This document shows, piece after piece, positions 37,491 through 46,546 of a stretch of 64,000 nt of DNA. Location of the stretch: the NCBI GenBank assembly GCA_048882045.1, contig JBHLRZ010000001.1:189171-253170 (forward strand). The letters are read 5' to 3'. A program made the translations under genes and the position numbers. Each line of letters opens with the position of its first letter. The stretch's first letter is position 1. The DNA comes from Candidatus Thorarchaeota archaeon. Its GTDB lineage: Archaea > Asgardarchaeota > Thorarchaeia > Thorarchaeales > Thorarchaeaceae. The notes under the pieces were generated by a model. It was not told the origin of the DNA. It saw only the letters and a list, made by a program, of their open reading frames with translations, and searched no databases.

Positions 37491-39176
37491 CTAAGCCTCT
37501 GGCCTAGAGAGGTATCTTATTCCAGACCAGACCATGAGGATAGCTATTGTCCATTGTACAATTAGTCCTAGAACAGATACGCCGAACATCATATTTCCTG
37601 GACCAAAGATACTTGCCATGAATCCGAAGAAATCAATGCCAGTACCGATGGTGAGGAATATATCTGCGAAAAGAACACCCATGATTGAGAATTCAGCAAG
37701 CATGACTGAAGTCATCATGTTCGCCTGATGAGCGGGTGACTTCGTATCCTCATAGTTTGGGTTGCGTGCGGTTACACCTGTGGCCATCAGCATTCCACCA
37801 ATAACAGCAACATATCCGAGTCCTAGAAGGATTAGTAATTCTGTGAATGTCATCTCAATCATGAAGTAGATGACCGCAGATGGAATAGCAGCTAGTGGTA
37901 TGCCGATTAATGCCTGTGATACAATCCTGCTCTTGACATATCTTGAAGCTCCATGTGGAGCACTTTGAATAATCCAGAGCTGGTCTTTGCTCTCTAGGAA
38001 TCCAGTTCCAGCGAATGGCATAGCACCAATCAATGACATCATGATTACCAGCATCATGAACAATTCACGAAACTGCAAGTACTCGATGTCCATAGCCATC
38101 ATGATGACTGGCATGATTATTGCCAAGACCAACCCGTATCCAATCTTTGACAGATTCTGTGCCTTGCGTAGGAAGTCCTTGAAGTTGGTGACCATCAGTG
38201 ATCCAAAGGGTCCTGAGTTGACTCTCCTGACTCCTCGGAGGAAGATGTTCTCTCTACCAACTGTGGTCACAACTTCTGTACGGACTCCAGCCTCAATTGT
38301 GAAAACTCTGTCAGCTGTGCCCAGTGCCAGACCAACAGAACCCAAGGTGAATCCAATAGCTAGAAACGAGGTCCATAGCATGTCAACCTGCAGTACACTT
38401 GAAAAGCCCAGAATCTGAGAGCTTGTGAGTCCGATACCATTGAAGGATATTGCCAGCCAGCTAATCAGGTCTGAGAACCAAGTTGATGGGAGGACTAGAA
38501 ACGCGTTCAGTCCCATCATCTCAGACAAGGTTGGGAGGAAGAACATCAGTCCATACATTGGAATGATCACTACAATGGCCACAACCATAGCAAGAGCCTT
38601 TGCGATATCGTTGCCTCGTGATGAATCACCAAGTCTGGCTTGAATCACACTTGTGAGGAAGTTTGAGAGCCAGATACTTCCCATGGCAAGCATTGTAACC
38701 GCACCGTAGACCAGTAGTTGACCAATAATACTGACCTCGAATGCTAGCATGAAAGGAGTGATCACCAGAGGTGCTAGGAAAACAATGATCAGTCCATATA
38801 GTCCAAGCTTTCCAATGAAAGTACCAGCCATTATGTCCCTAGTTCTGACATCATTCGAAAGGAAGATTTCCCACTGTCCAATCTTAATCTCTTGTAGTGC
38901 ATATGATAATGGGAACAGGAGTAAGAGGAGCCAGAGGAATAGACCAATTGTTCGCATAATCCCAGGGAACATCACCATGAGTATGGGTCTCAAGACATTC
39001 ATTGGGAACATTGCGCTGAGGATAGCATTGTACAGCATAGGGGTTATGACTGTCGCCCATACCAGTGCAATTACATAGAGTATGCCTACGTAGAGTCTAC
39101 GATTACCACGCAGACTTGAAGTCAATACCTGGAACTCGGCTTTCGCTATCGCTAACCAGGTTCGTACCATCAACAT
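37491..39176 (-). CDS. ABC exporter permease (duplicated ABC-2-like membrane domain)
   Basis: About 12-14 TM helices in two similar halves; start overlaps the ATPase stop (TAATG). Confidence 0.82.
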   Translation of the reverse strand: MLMVRTWLAIAKAEFQVLTSSLRGNRRLYVGILYVIALVWATVITPMLYNAILSAMFPMNVLRPILMVMFPGIMRTIGLFLWLLLLLFPLSYALQEIKIGQWEIFLSNDVRTRDIMAGTFIGKLGLYGLIIVFLAPLVITPFMLAFEVSIIGQLLVYGAVTMLAMGSIWLSNFLTSVIQARLGDSSRGNDIAKALAMVVAIVVIIPMYGLMFFLPTLSEMMGLNAFLVLPSTWFSDLISWLAISFNGIGLTSSQILGFSSVLQVDMLWTSFLAIGFTLGSVGLALGTADRVFTIEAGVRTEVVTTVGRENIFLRGVRRVNSGPFGSLMVTNFKDFLRKAQNLSKIGYGLVLAIIMPVIMMAMDIEYLQFRELFMMLVIMMSLIGAMPFAGTGFLESKDQLWIIQSAPHGASRYVKSRIVSQALIGIPLAAIPSAVIYFMIEMTFTELLILLGLGYVAVIGGMLMATGVTARNPNYEDTKSPAHQANMMTSVMLAEFSIMGVLFADIFLTIGTGIDFFGFMASIFGPGNMMFGVSVLGLIVQWTIAILMVWSGIRYLSRPEA

Positions 39177-39946
39177 TACCTCCAAGCCAACAGGGTCTTC
39201 CTGTCCACATGACCGCCCACTATCTTTAGATATGCATCCTCGAGGTCCTTTGCATCCGTGGTCTCTATGATCTCGTGAGGAGAGCCAATAGTGACAAGTG
39301 CACCCTCATTGAGGATTCCTACCACGTCACAGACATCTTCGACGAATGATGTCTGGTGTGAGCAGATGAAGAAGCTGGTTTCAGTTTCTTGTGCTAGGAC
39401 AAGGATGAGATCCTTCACCAGAGCGCTTGCCGCTGGATCCAGTCTCGAGGTGGGTTCATCCAGAAACACAAGCTTGGGCTCGCTCAGTAGTGTCGAAGCG
39501 ACGAGAACTTTCTGCTTCATTCCAGACGAATATGACTCCAAGAGGTCGTTCTGACGTCCCTCCAGTCCAAGCATACCAAGCATAATGTCGATGCGCCTGT
39601 TGAGAGCCTCCCCATTTCTTCCATTCAGTGCTCCTATGAACTCTAGAAACTCGACTGCTGACAATTTTGAGTACAGTCCAGGAGACTCAGGAAGCAGACC
39701 AGTCACAGCCTTGATCTCATCGCGCTGTGTGCTGACATCATAACCACATACTGCGGCTTCGCCACTAGTCTGTTTCATGAGCCCAGATAAAATCCGGACA
39801 GTAGTGGTCTTCCCAGCTCCGTTTGGACCAAGGAAACCAAACCTGCTACCAGATCGAACCTCTAGGTTCAGATCTCTGACGGCATGAACAGTATCGAATC
39901 TCTTGTTCAAGCCGTTTGTTCGAATAACAATCCCGTTTTTCTTCAC
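39176..39946 (-). CDS. ABC transporter ATP-binding protein
   Basis: GPNGAGKTT, YSSGMKQK, VFLDEPT, SH. Confidence 0.95.
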   Translation of the reverse strand: MKKNGIVIRTNGLNKRFDTVHAVRDLNLEVRSGSRFGFLGPNGAGKTTTVRILSGLMKQTSGEAAVCGYDVSTQRDEIKAVTGLLPESPGLYSKLSAVEFLEFIGALNGRNGEALNRRIDIMLGMLGLEGRQNDLLESYSSGMKQKVLVASTLLSEPKLVFLDEPTSRLDPAASALVKDLILVLAQETETSFFICSHQTSFVEDVCDVVGILNEGALVTIGSPHEIIETTDAKDLEDAYLKIVGGHVDRKTLLAWR

Positions 39947-39965
39947 TTTTTTCGCCTTCAGTTGT

Positions 39966-40046
39966 GCTGTAAAAGTTTACAGCGCCATGGTAAAGATTTA
40001 TTAACGGACGAATATAAATGTTTACCAGAGCGCAGTAAAGTTTGAC
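39966..40046. promoter_or_regulatory. Four GTAAA-N2-TTTAC boxes in the divergent promoter region
   Basis: 39969-39980 (within GCTGTAAA-AG-TTTACAGC), 39990-40001, 40014-40025, 40035-40046. Confidence 0.65.
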
Positions 40047-40085
40047 CAGAAAAAGTTAAAAGCTGCGCACGCGAGGAAACATGCT

Positions 40086-40742
40086 ATGGGCTTACTCTCA
40101 ACTCATGAAGCAGTCGTTTGGTGGGAATACCATCATGGCAAACCCACATCAGACATTTTTAGTGAGTATGAGGGTTCAAAGGACGTTCCTGAGTATGTCT
40201 TCGAAGTTCTCAGTAGAGAGATCGATGACAAGTTCAGTAAAAAGAAAGCAGACGAAGAGATGAAGAAGATCCGAAAGATTGAATTCTCCAGCTCGGCCTA
40301 CGTTTCCAGAGTCCTTAGCAGAGCGAAGTCGAAGATTGAGGACTCCCTAAGACAACATGCAAATAGCCATCGACTGGATATCGAGAATGTTGATGGTGAA
40401 AAGGGACTTCTGACTGGTTTTGATTATCAAGCGAACACGAATGTGTACATAGTATTCACACTAGGGTATGGTGTGATTGTCTGGTATGAGCATACGAATT
40501 ATGGTGGAAAACTCTGTGATGGTTCAGCCTATAATTCACAAGCGAAGTCAGACGGTTCACCCTGTCCCAAGAGAGAGGAGTGTAGAGAAACACTAGATGC
40601 AATCCTCAATGAATACAACTTGAAACTGAATCCAAAAGAAGAGGACATGTACATGACAGAGCAGTCTGTCAGGATCTTTGGCAAGCTCGGTACAAAGCAG
40701 CTTCCTCGCTACCAACGTGAAACCACAGAAGGTGATAATTAA
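40086..40742 (+). CDS. Putative archaeal HTH transcriptional regulator with C-terminal Cys cluster
   Basis: SSAYVSRVLSRAKSKI recognition-helix-like segment; VWYEH...C...CPKREEC; first gene of the operon. Confidence 0.6.
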   Translation: MGLLSTHEAVVWWEYHHGKPTSDIFSEYEGSKDVPEYVFEVLSREIDDKFSKKKADEEMKKIRKIEFSSSAYVSRVLSRAKSKIEDSLRQHANSHRLDIENVDGEKGLLTGFDYQANTNVYIVFTLGYGVIVWYEHTNYGGKLCDGSAYNSQAKSDGSPCPKREECRETLDAILNEYNLKLNPKEEDMYMTEQSVRIFGKLGTKQLPRYQRETTEGDN

Positions 40743-41477
40743 TTGGTAGTTGAGAACGGATTACAAAGCATTATGGAATCCCCAAAGGATGTGTCCCTTG
40801 GGAAAACATTCAGACCCTCAAGTGCATTGAGAAACAAGTGGTGGTTTATGACCATTTCTTTTGCGATAGGTACATGGGCTCTATCAGTATCAATAATGCA
40901 TGGAATTGCATGGTTGATTGGATTCTTGGATGGTTGGTCATCAAGTGAGAGACTTGTTCTGCTCAATTGGATTCCGGCAATAAGCCAGTGGATCATCATA
41001 TTCCATATCATCTGGCTTGTGCCAGCACTAATTGGCGTAGTTGTATACTATCGCAGTATCGAGTATTCTGTACTCTCTCAAACTGGCGAAGCATCAGCGG
41101 AAATCTATGTGCGTAAAGGAATTGTTAACATTACCAGGAAACATGTTCCTTTTCGAACGATAACCAACATAAGCTCTAGAGCTGGAATCGTAGACAGAGT
41201 CTTTGGGATAGGTAATGTCGAGATTCAGACAGCTGGTTTCTCTGGAGGAATACAAGGCGGAGCACAACCCGAAGAGAAGCTGGAAGGATTGAAGTTCTAC
41301 GAAGAACTCTCGCATTTCATTCTCAGAGAGCTCAGACGCTACAGAGACCCATATACTCTTGGGACAGAGGTAGTCAGCCCCAGAGATGATGCAGTTCCAC
41401 GTATCGATGACAGTTTAGATGACGAAATCCTAACGGCACTTAGAGATATCCGCGAGATTCTCAGAACAAAATTGTAG
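40743..41477 (+). CDS. bPH_2 (YdbS/DUF304-like) membrane protein, copy 1
   Basis: Two TMs then IYVRKG...KHVPFRTITNI...DRVFGIG.VEIQTAG. Confidence 0.85.
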   Translation: MVVENGLQSIMESPKDVSLGKTFRPSSALRNKWWFMTISFAIGTWALSVSIMHGIAWLIGFLDGWSSSERLVLLNWIPAISQWIIIFHIIWLVPALIGVVVYYRSIEYSVLSQTGEASAEIYVRKGIVNITRKHVPFRTITNISSRAGIVDRVFGIGNVEIQTAGFSGGIQGGAQPEEKLEGLKFYEELSHFILRELRRYRDPYTLGTEVVSPRDDAVPRIDDSLDDEILTALRDIREILRTKL

Positions 41478-41491
41478 GAGGATAAAATGGA

Positions 41492-41590
41492 ATGGTGAGC
41501 TCTACGAGATTGGCTGTGAAAATAGGAGCGCTGATTATAGCACTTGTCCTATTCATGGTCTTCCTATTACTTTACTGGGATGTGATATGA
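41492..41590 (+). CDS. 32-aa single-TM microprotein
   Basis: Not in ORF track: MVSSTRLAVKIGALIIALVLFMVFLLLYWDVI; GGAGGA RBS; ends 1 nt before the next ATG. Confidence 0.6.
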   Translation: MVSSTRLAVKIGALIIALVLFMVFLLLYWDVI

Positions 41591-41591
41591 G

Positions 41592-41804
41592 ATGGCGGAA
41601 ACGAAGAGGAGAATAGGCAATGTTCTTCTTTCAATTGGGAGTTTCTTCATACTGATAGAGATTATTGGAATACTCACGGATACTCTTGGCGGACCATCGA
41701 TTTTCTATTTCTTAGGAGGTCTCGTTGAAGGACTTGGAGTGGTCTTCTTCCTGGGTGGAATTGCATTCAGGGAAGAATATGAGAAGAATAGGATGTCGAT
41801 GTAG
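41592..41804 (+). CDS. 70-aa two-TM protein
   Basis: Two hydrophobic helices, tightly packed in the operon. Confidence 0.7.
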   Translation: MAETKRRIGNVLLSIGSFFILIEIIGILTDTLGGPSIFYFLGGLVEGLGVVFFLGGIAFREEYEKNRMSM

Positions 41805-42569
41805 ATGGATAGTGACAGAAGAAGAGTGGTAATCAAACCTCCAATGGAGGATGTGACTGCGGGTAGAGTGTTCAGACCAGACCGCCGTTTCTACTATAAG
41901 GAATGGTTGGGGGCGACCCTTGTTGCAGTTGTATTCTGGCTCATCGCGTTTGGTTCGCTCCTACTGGGAGCTTGGATCTATGTGGCTGATCACAGTGGAT
42001 CTACATGGGCTACATTCTTTGCAATCGTCTTCGATGTACTTCCGACACTCAACTTCTGGTTTGGCATCTCTATGGTGTTCTGGTGGCTTCCCGCAATGGT
42101 AGGAATCCCTCTGTACATACGAAACATCGAGTACAGTGTAATTTCTAAGGCCGGTACTACGATGCCAGAAATCTATGTTAAGAAAGGATTGCTCAACATT
42201 ACTAGAAAACATGTTCCTTTCCGAACAATCACTAACATAGCTTCTCGAGCTGGACCAATCGACAGAGTTCTTGGTATTGGTACAGTTGAGATACAAACTG
42301 CTGGATACTCGGGAGGACCCAGTGGACAGGGGGGTCCTGAGGAGAAACTCGAAGGGATTACCTTCTATGAGGAGCTGAGGGATTTTGTACTACAAGAGTT
42401 ACGACGCTTCAGAGACCCATATGTTGTAGGCACAGAGGTCATTCATCCAACTGAAGAACCAGTTCCAAGACTAAGTGACAGTTTGGACGACGAGATACTC
42501 ATAACACTCCGTGAGATAAGAGATGTATTGGGTCGAATAAATCAGAAAATGGACGAGGAGAAAAGATAA
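41805..42569 (+). CDS. bPH_2 membrane protein, copy 2
   Basis: Same motifs as copy 1. Confidence 0.87.
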   Translation: MDSDRRRVVIKPPMEDVTAGRVFRPDRRFYYKEWLGATLVAVVFWLIAFGSLLLGAWIYVADHSGSTWATFFAIVFDVLPTLNFWFGISMVFWWLPAMVGIPLYIRNIEYSVISKAGTTMPEIYVKKGLLNITRKHVPFRTITNIASRAGPIDRVLGIGTVEIQTAGYSGGPSGQGGPEEKLEGITFYEELRDFVLQELRRFRDPYVVGTEVIHPTEEPVPRLSDSLDDEILITLREIRDVLGRINQKMDEEKR

Positions 42570-42571
42570 CA

Positions 42572-43300
42572 ATGTCAGGTAGAGGTAAGGTAATCAAACC
42601 CCCAATGGAAGAGATTGCCAGAGGGAAAGTGTTCAAACCATCGAAATACTTCAGGAACAAGAATTGGTTCTTGGGAATATTTAGTGTAATCATGATATGG
42701 GTGACAATTGTAGCCACATTCTATGGAATTCTATGGCTAGTTGCACTTGTCACTGGAGATTCACTCTATTTGACATCTACATTCAACCTCATCTGGGTGC
42801 CACTGAACTTCTGGTATTGGCTCATCGTCAGTATATTCCTCATTCCCTACCTCATTATCTACCCTATCTATATCCGTTCATTTGAGTACAGTGTTGTTGC
42901 CAAATCAGGAGAAACAATGCCAGAAGTGTACGTAAAGAAAGGACTGATCAATATAACACGGAAACATGTTCCCTTCCGAACAATCACAAACATCCAGAGT
43001 GTAGCAGGGCCATTCGATCGTCTATTTGGGATTGGTTCAATAGAAGTGGAAACCGCAGGTGGATCTGGGAGTTCATTCCAGTCTGCAGAAGAGAAGCTGG
43101 AGGGGCTGACGTTCTATGAAGAACTCCGAGACTTCATTTTGATGGAACTAAGGAAGTTCAAAGACCCTTATGTAACTGGCACTGAAGTCAGCAGACAGTA
43201 TGATGAGCATGACATTCCAGCTGATTCAGGTTCCATAGAGGACGAGATTCTTTTGGTCCTCAGGGAGATTCGAGACCTCTTGAGAAAAGAGAGAGATTGA
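42572..43300 (+). CDS. bPH_2 membrane protein, copy 3
   Basis: Same motifs as copy 1. Confidence 0.87.
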   Translation: MSGRGKVIKPPMEEIARGKVFKPSKYFRNKNWFLGIFSVIMIWVTIVATFYGILWLVALVTGDSLYLTSTFNLIWVPLNFWYWLIVSIFLIPYLIIYPIYIRSFEYSVVAKSGETMPEVYVKKGLINITRKHVPFRTITNIQSVAGPFDRLFGIGSIEVETAGGSGSSFQSAEEKLEGLTFYEELRDFILMELRKFKDPYVTGTEVSRQYDEHDIPADSGSIEDEILLVLREIRDLLRKERD

Positions 43301-43312
43301 GGTAGATACCGC

Positions 43313-44071
43313 ATGTCTGGAACTGAGGAACGTGTAATCAAACCACCTATGGAGCAAATCACCAGTGGGAGAGTGTTCCATCCAGACAATGCGTTTCTCT
43401 ATAAGAAGTGGTTGAGAGTGTTCCTTGTCTTGTGTTTCATCTGGATCGTTCTATTGGTGGCTCTCTTCAGCTACCCCGAACTGACTTTCATTGTTGTGGA
43501 GCTCGCAAAATTACCTGATTTCATTGTTGAAGCCGGAAGCTTCACTTTCAGTCTATGGTACTGGATTCTGGTTTCAGGAGTATTCTTCTTTTGGGTGGTA
43601 TACTCGTATATCTATGTAAAACGTATTGACTATTCACTGAAAAGTTGGAAGGGTGATGTGAGTCCTGAGATATACGTAAAGAAGGGAATCATCACAATCA
43701 CCCAAAAACACGTACCGTTTAGAACTGTTACACATGTTAGGACAACCCGCGGCCCCTTCGACAGACTGTTTGGAATTGGTACAATCCAGATAGAAACCGC
43801 AGCTAAATCTCAGACAGCAGAGGGCGGAGGATTGATTGCATTAATTCTGCAGAGATTAATGAGTGGTGGAGCTGCAGAAGAGAACATTGAAGGAGTTAAG
43901 TTCCACGAAGAGCTGCGAGACTTCATCTTACGAGAGCTACGGGGCTTCACAAGTAAGCCAGCGTCTGGTCTTCAAAGCAAGAGTCAGGTTCCGAGGAAGA
44001 GCATATTCAATCAAGGTACGCTTCAGGCATTCATGGATATCAGAAACGAACTGCGTGCATCTAGGAAATAA
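43313..44071 (+). CDS. bPH_2 membrane protein, copy 4 (most divergent)
   Basis: KHVPFRTVT, DRLFGIGTIQIETA; extra insert and altered C-terminus. Confidence 0.85.
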   Translation: MSGTEERVIKPPMEQITSGRVFHPDNAFLYKKWLRVFLVLCFIWIVLLVALFSYPELTFIVVELAKLPDFIVEAGSFTFSLWYWILVSGVFFFWVVYSYIYVKRIDYSLKSWKGDVSPEIYVKKGIITITQKHVPFRTVTHVRTTRGPFDRLFGIGTIQIETAAKSQTAEGGGLIALILQRLMSGGAAEENIEGVKFHEELRDFILRELRGFTSKPASGLQSKSQVPRKSIFNQGTLQAFMDIRNELRASRK

Positions 44072-44086
44072 TGGAGGTGGCAGATA

Positions 44087-44179
44087 GTGAACCTGAGTAG
44101 GATTCTTTTGGTTGTTATTGGAATAATCCTCTTTATCATAGCTCTGTTTGGATATCTGCTGATGGCGGAAATGCTCTAA
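44087..44179 (+). CDS. 30-aa single-TM microprotein
   Basis: Not in ORF track: (GTG) MNLSRILLVVIGIILFIIALFGYLLMAEML; GGAGGTG RBS 7 nt upstream. Confidence 0.65.
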   Translation: MNLSRILLVVIGIILFIIALFGYLLMAEML

Positions 44180-44181
44180 AT

Positions 44182-45033
44182 CTACAGGTCCAATTTTAGA
44201 ATCTCCATGAGCCGTCCCAAGTTCATAAGACTCTGATGAGCCGCTTCTTTGGGTCTGACCTCGAAGACATATTGTGGTTTGGTTGGCAATCCGTCAAGAA
44301 GTCGGAGGACTCTCTCAAAATCTATTATTCCCTCTCCCACTATTTGATGACTTTTGAGTACTGGATGAGAGTCATGTATGTGAACCACTTCGATTACACT
44401 CTTGTGTTGCTGAAAGAAATTCCAATCGGAGTTGTTCATTCTGAAATTCACGTCGAAGAGTTTCGGAATGTCAAGACAGATCTTAAGTCCAGTGGGGAAT
44501 AGGCGTTGGAGGACCTCACAGACGATAGGGGTCCAGTTGACATTTTCAAGAACAATAGTGACATTTGGCTTTGCGTGTTCGATTAGTTCGATTAGATTCT
44601 CTCGGAGAGTTGTCGTGTATGTGTCCTCATGAACATTACTGAAAACATCCTTTTCCACACCAGCTTTTTTGAAAGATGGAGGTGTCCCAGCATGAACCAC
44701 AACATTGGTCGGTTTTACACTTACCTCCCGAGCAAGGTTGATGACTTGCTTGAAATATTTCAGAATACCTTCTCTGACCGGTGGATATGTGCTGAACAGG
44801 CTCACATCATCTCCCGGTGCATGGAACCCCCATTCAATTGATAGCTCTTTAGAGAGATCTCTCAATCTGGTCCTCTCGTCTGCAGATATCTTTTCGGGGG
44901 AAAAGGTTGGAACACCAAAGTCAGGAACAATTCCATTCCAATCATTTGCAGCAGCATACTTAATGGCATCTTCAAGAGATGCATCGTAAATTACGTGGTA
45001 GGCTCGACGTGACGGGAAGCGCATGATACTCAT
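44182..45033 (-). CDS. Sugar phosphate isomerase/epimerase (AP endonuclease 2-type TIM barrel)
   Basis: FHAP, VVHAG, LEN, CLDIP, HIHD...H..VGEG.IDF, FEV. Confidence 0.85.
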   Translation of the reverse strand: MSIMRFPSRRAYHVIYDASLEDAIKYAAANDWNGIVPDFGVPTFSPEKISADERTRLRDLSKELSIEWGFHAPGDDVSLFSTYPPVREGILKYFKQVINLAREVSVKPTNVVVHAGTPPSFKKAGVEKDVFSNVHEDTYTTTLRENLIELIEHAKPNVTIVLENVNWTPIVCEVLQRLFPTGLKICLDIPKLFDVNFRMNNSDWNFFQQHKSVIEVVHIHDSHPVLKSHQIVGEGIIDFERVLRLLDGLPTKPQYVFEVRPKEAAHQSLMNLGRLMEILKLDL

Positions 45034-45054
45034 TTCCTGGTTGTTTCTTTAGGC

Positions 45055-46446
45055 TCAGAGTTTCGCGAAAGGCTTTCTCTTCAAGAACTTGCCGTGCCCC
45101 ACCTCTCCTACGAATTTTCCATCCTCGGCAACAACCATACCTCTCGAGATTGTGACTGCAGGATATCCTGTGAGTTTCCAACCCTCGAATGGACTCCAGT
45201 CGCAGTTCGTCTGAAGGTTCTCGGCCTTGATTGTGACCTTCTTCTCAGGATCAAAGACCACTAGATCTGCATCACTACCGACAGCTATTGTACCCTTCTC
45301 AGGATACATGCCAAAGAGCTTTGCTGGATTAGTACTGACCAGTGAAACCAGATGATTCACTGAGAATCCATGTTTTCCAACGCCCTCGGTATACATGAGT
45401 GGCACCATCGTTTCAACACCGGGCAGCCCAAACGGTATTTTCCTGAAGTCGCCATTCCAGGCAGCCTTCTGCTTGGTGTCGAATGTGCAGGTGTCTGTAG
45501 CAACAACCTGCACCTCACCATTGGCTAGGCCCCTCCAAAGACGCTCACTGTCGTGTGGCTTCTTTATCTGTGGGCAGGTGGCATATAGATGTCCGTTCTC
45601 GCCCTTGAAGACCTCATCATCCAGCAGTAAGTATTGAGGACAAGTTTCAGCATAAACATCAACACCACGATCTCTCGCAGCAGATACTGCATCTGCTCCC
45701 TCCCCAGTCGACATGTGAACAATGTACAACCTCCCTCCAGTCACCTCAGCCCACTTTATGGCGCGCATAATAGCTTCCTCTTCAGTGTAACATGGTCTCG
45801 AGAGAGTATGTCCGTATGCTCCCCATTTCTCCTTCTCTTCTGCATATCTTGCTATCAGCATGTCCAATACATCTACGCTCTCAGCATGAACTCCAATGTG
45901 TCCGCCAAGTTTGGAGGTTTCCTCAAGAGCGCTGAAGAGCATACCATCATCAGCCATCCATCCTTCATTCTTGTAGATCATGAACATCTTGAACGTGGGA
46001 ATTCCATAATCGATTATATTCTTGATTTCAGCCTGCGTTTGGGGATTCCAATCAGTAATGGCTGCATGAAGACCATAATCAACACAGACGTTTGGATCAG
46101 CCTCGGCTCTCCTTGCCTCCACAGCCTCCATGATGGGGTGTCCTTTTGTCTGGATGGCAAAATCGAGTATTGTGGTAACTCCCCCACACGCAGCCGCCTT
46201 CGTGCCGTTCTCAAAATCATCAGCAGATACTGTTCCTGAGAATGGTAGCTGAAAGTGAACGTGAACATCGATTCCACCAGGAAACACATACTTGCCTTTT
46301 GCATCAATCACCTTTGTATCAGACCCCGGGCTGAGTTCGGAACCGAGGGTCGTAATCTTTCCATCCTTGACTCCGACATCTGCTTTGTAAGTGTCAGCCG
46401 CAGTCACAACTTTTCCGTTCTTGACAATGAGATCTAGTTCGGACAT
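45055..46446 (-). CDS. hydA: Dihydropyrimidinase
   Basis: PGGIDVHVH, GTKAAACGGVTT, FKMFM, VHAE, YIVHMS, ETCPQYL, ATD. Confidence 0.93.
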   Translation of the reverse strand: MSELDLIVKNGKVVTAADTYKADVGVKDGKITTLGSELSPGSDTKVIDAKGKYVFPGGIDVHVHFQLPFSGTVSADDFENGTKAAACGGVTTILDFAIQTKGHPIMEAVEARRAEADPNVCVDYGLHAAITDWNPQTQAEIKNIIDYGIPTFKMFMIYKNEGWMADDGMLFSALEETSKLGGHIGVHAESVDVLDMLIARYAEEKEKWGAYGHTLSRPCYTEEEAIMRAIKWAEVTGGRLYIVHMSTGEGADAVSAARDRGVDVYAETCPQYLLLDDEVFKGENGHLYATCPQIKKPHDSERLWRGLANGEVQVVATDTCTFDTKQKAAWNGDFRKIPFGLPGVETMVPLMYTEGVGKHGFSVNHLVSLVSTNPAKLFGMYPEKGTIAVGSDADLVVFDPEKKVTIKAENLQTNCDWSPFEGWKLTGYPAVTISRGMVVAEDGKFVGEVGHGKFLKRKPFAKL

Positions 46447-46546
46447 GAGAAGTCCTCCATAAACTAGTGGAGAATAGACCATAAATCGCTTTGGGAAATG
46501 CTAATTAGATGCGGGAGTAAAAGTAGAGTTCCTCAAGAATAATGGA

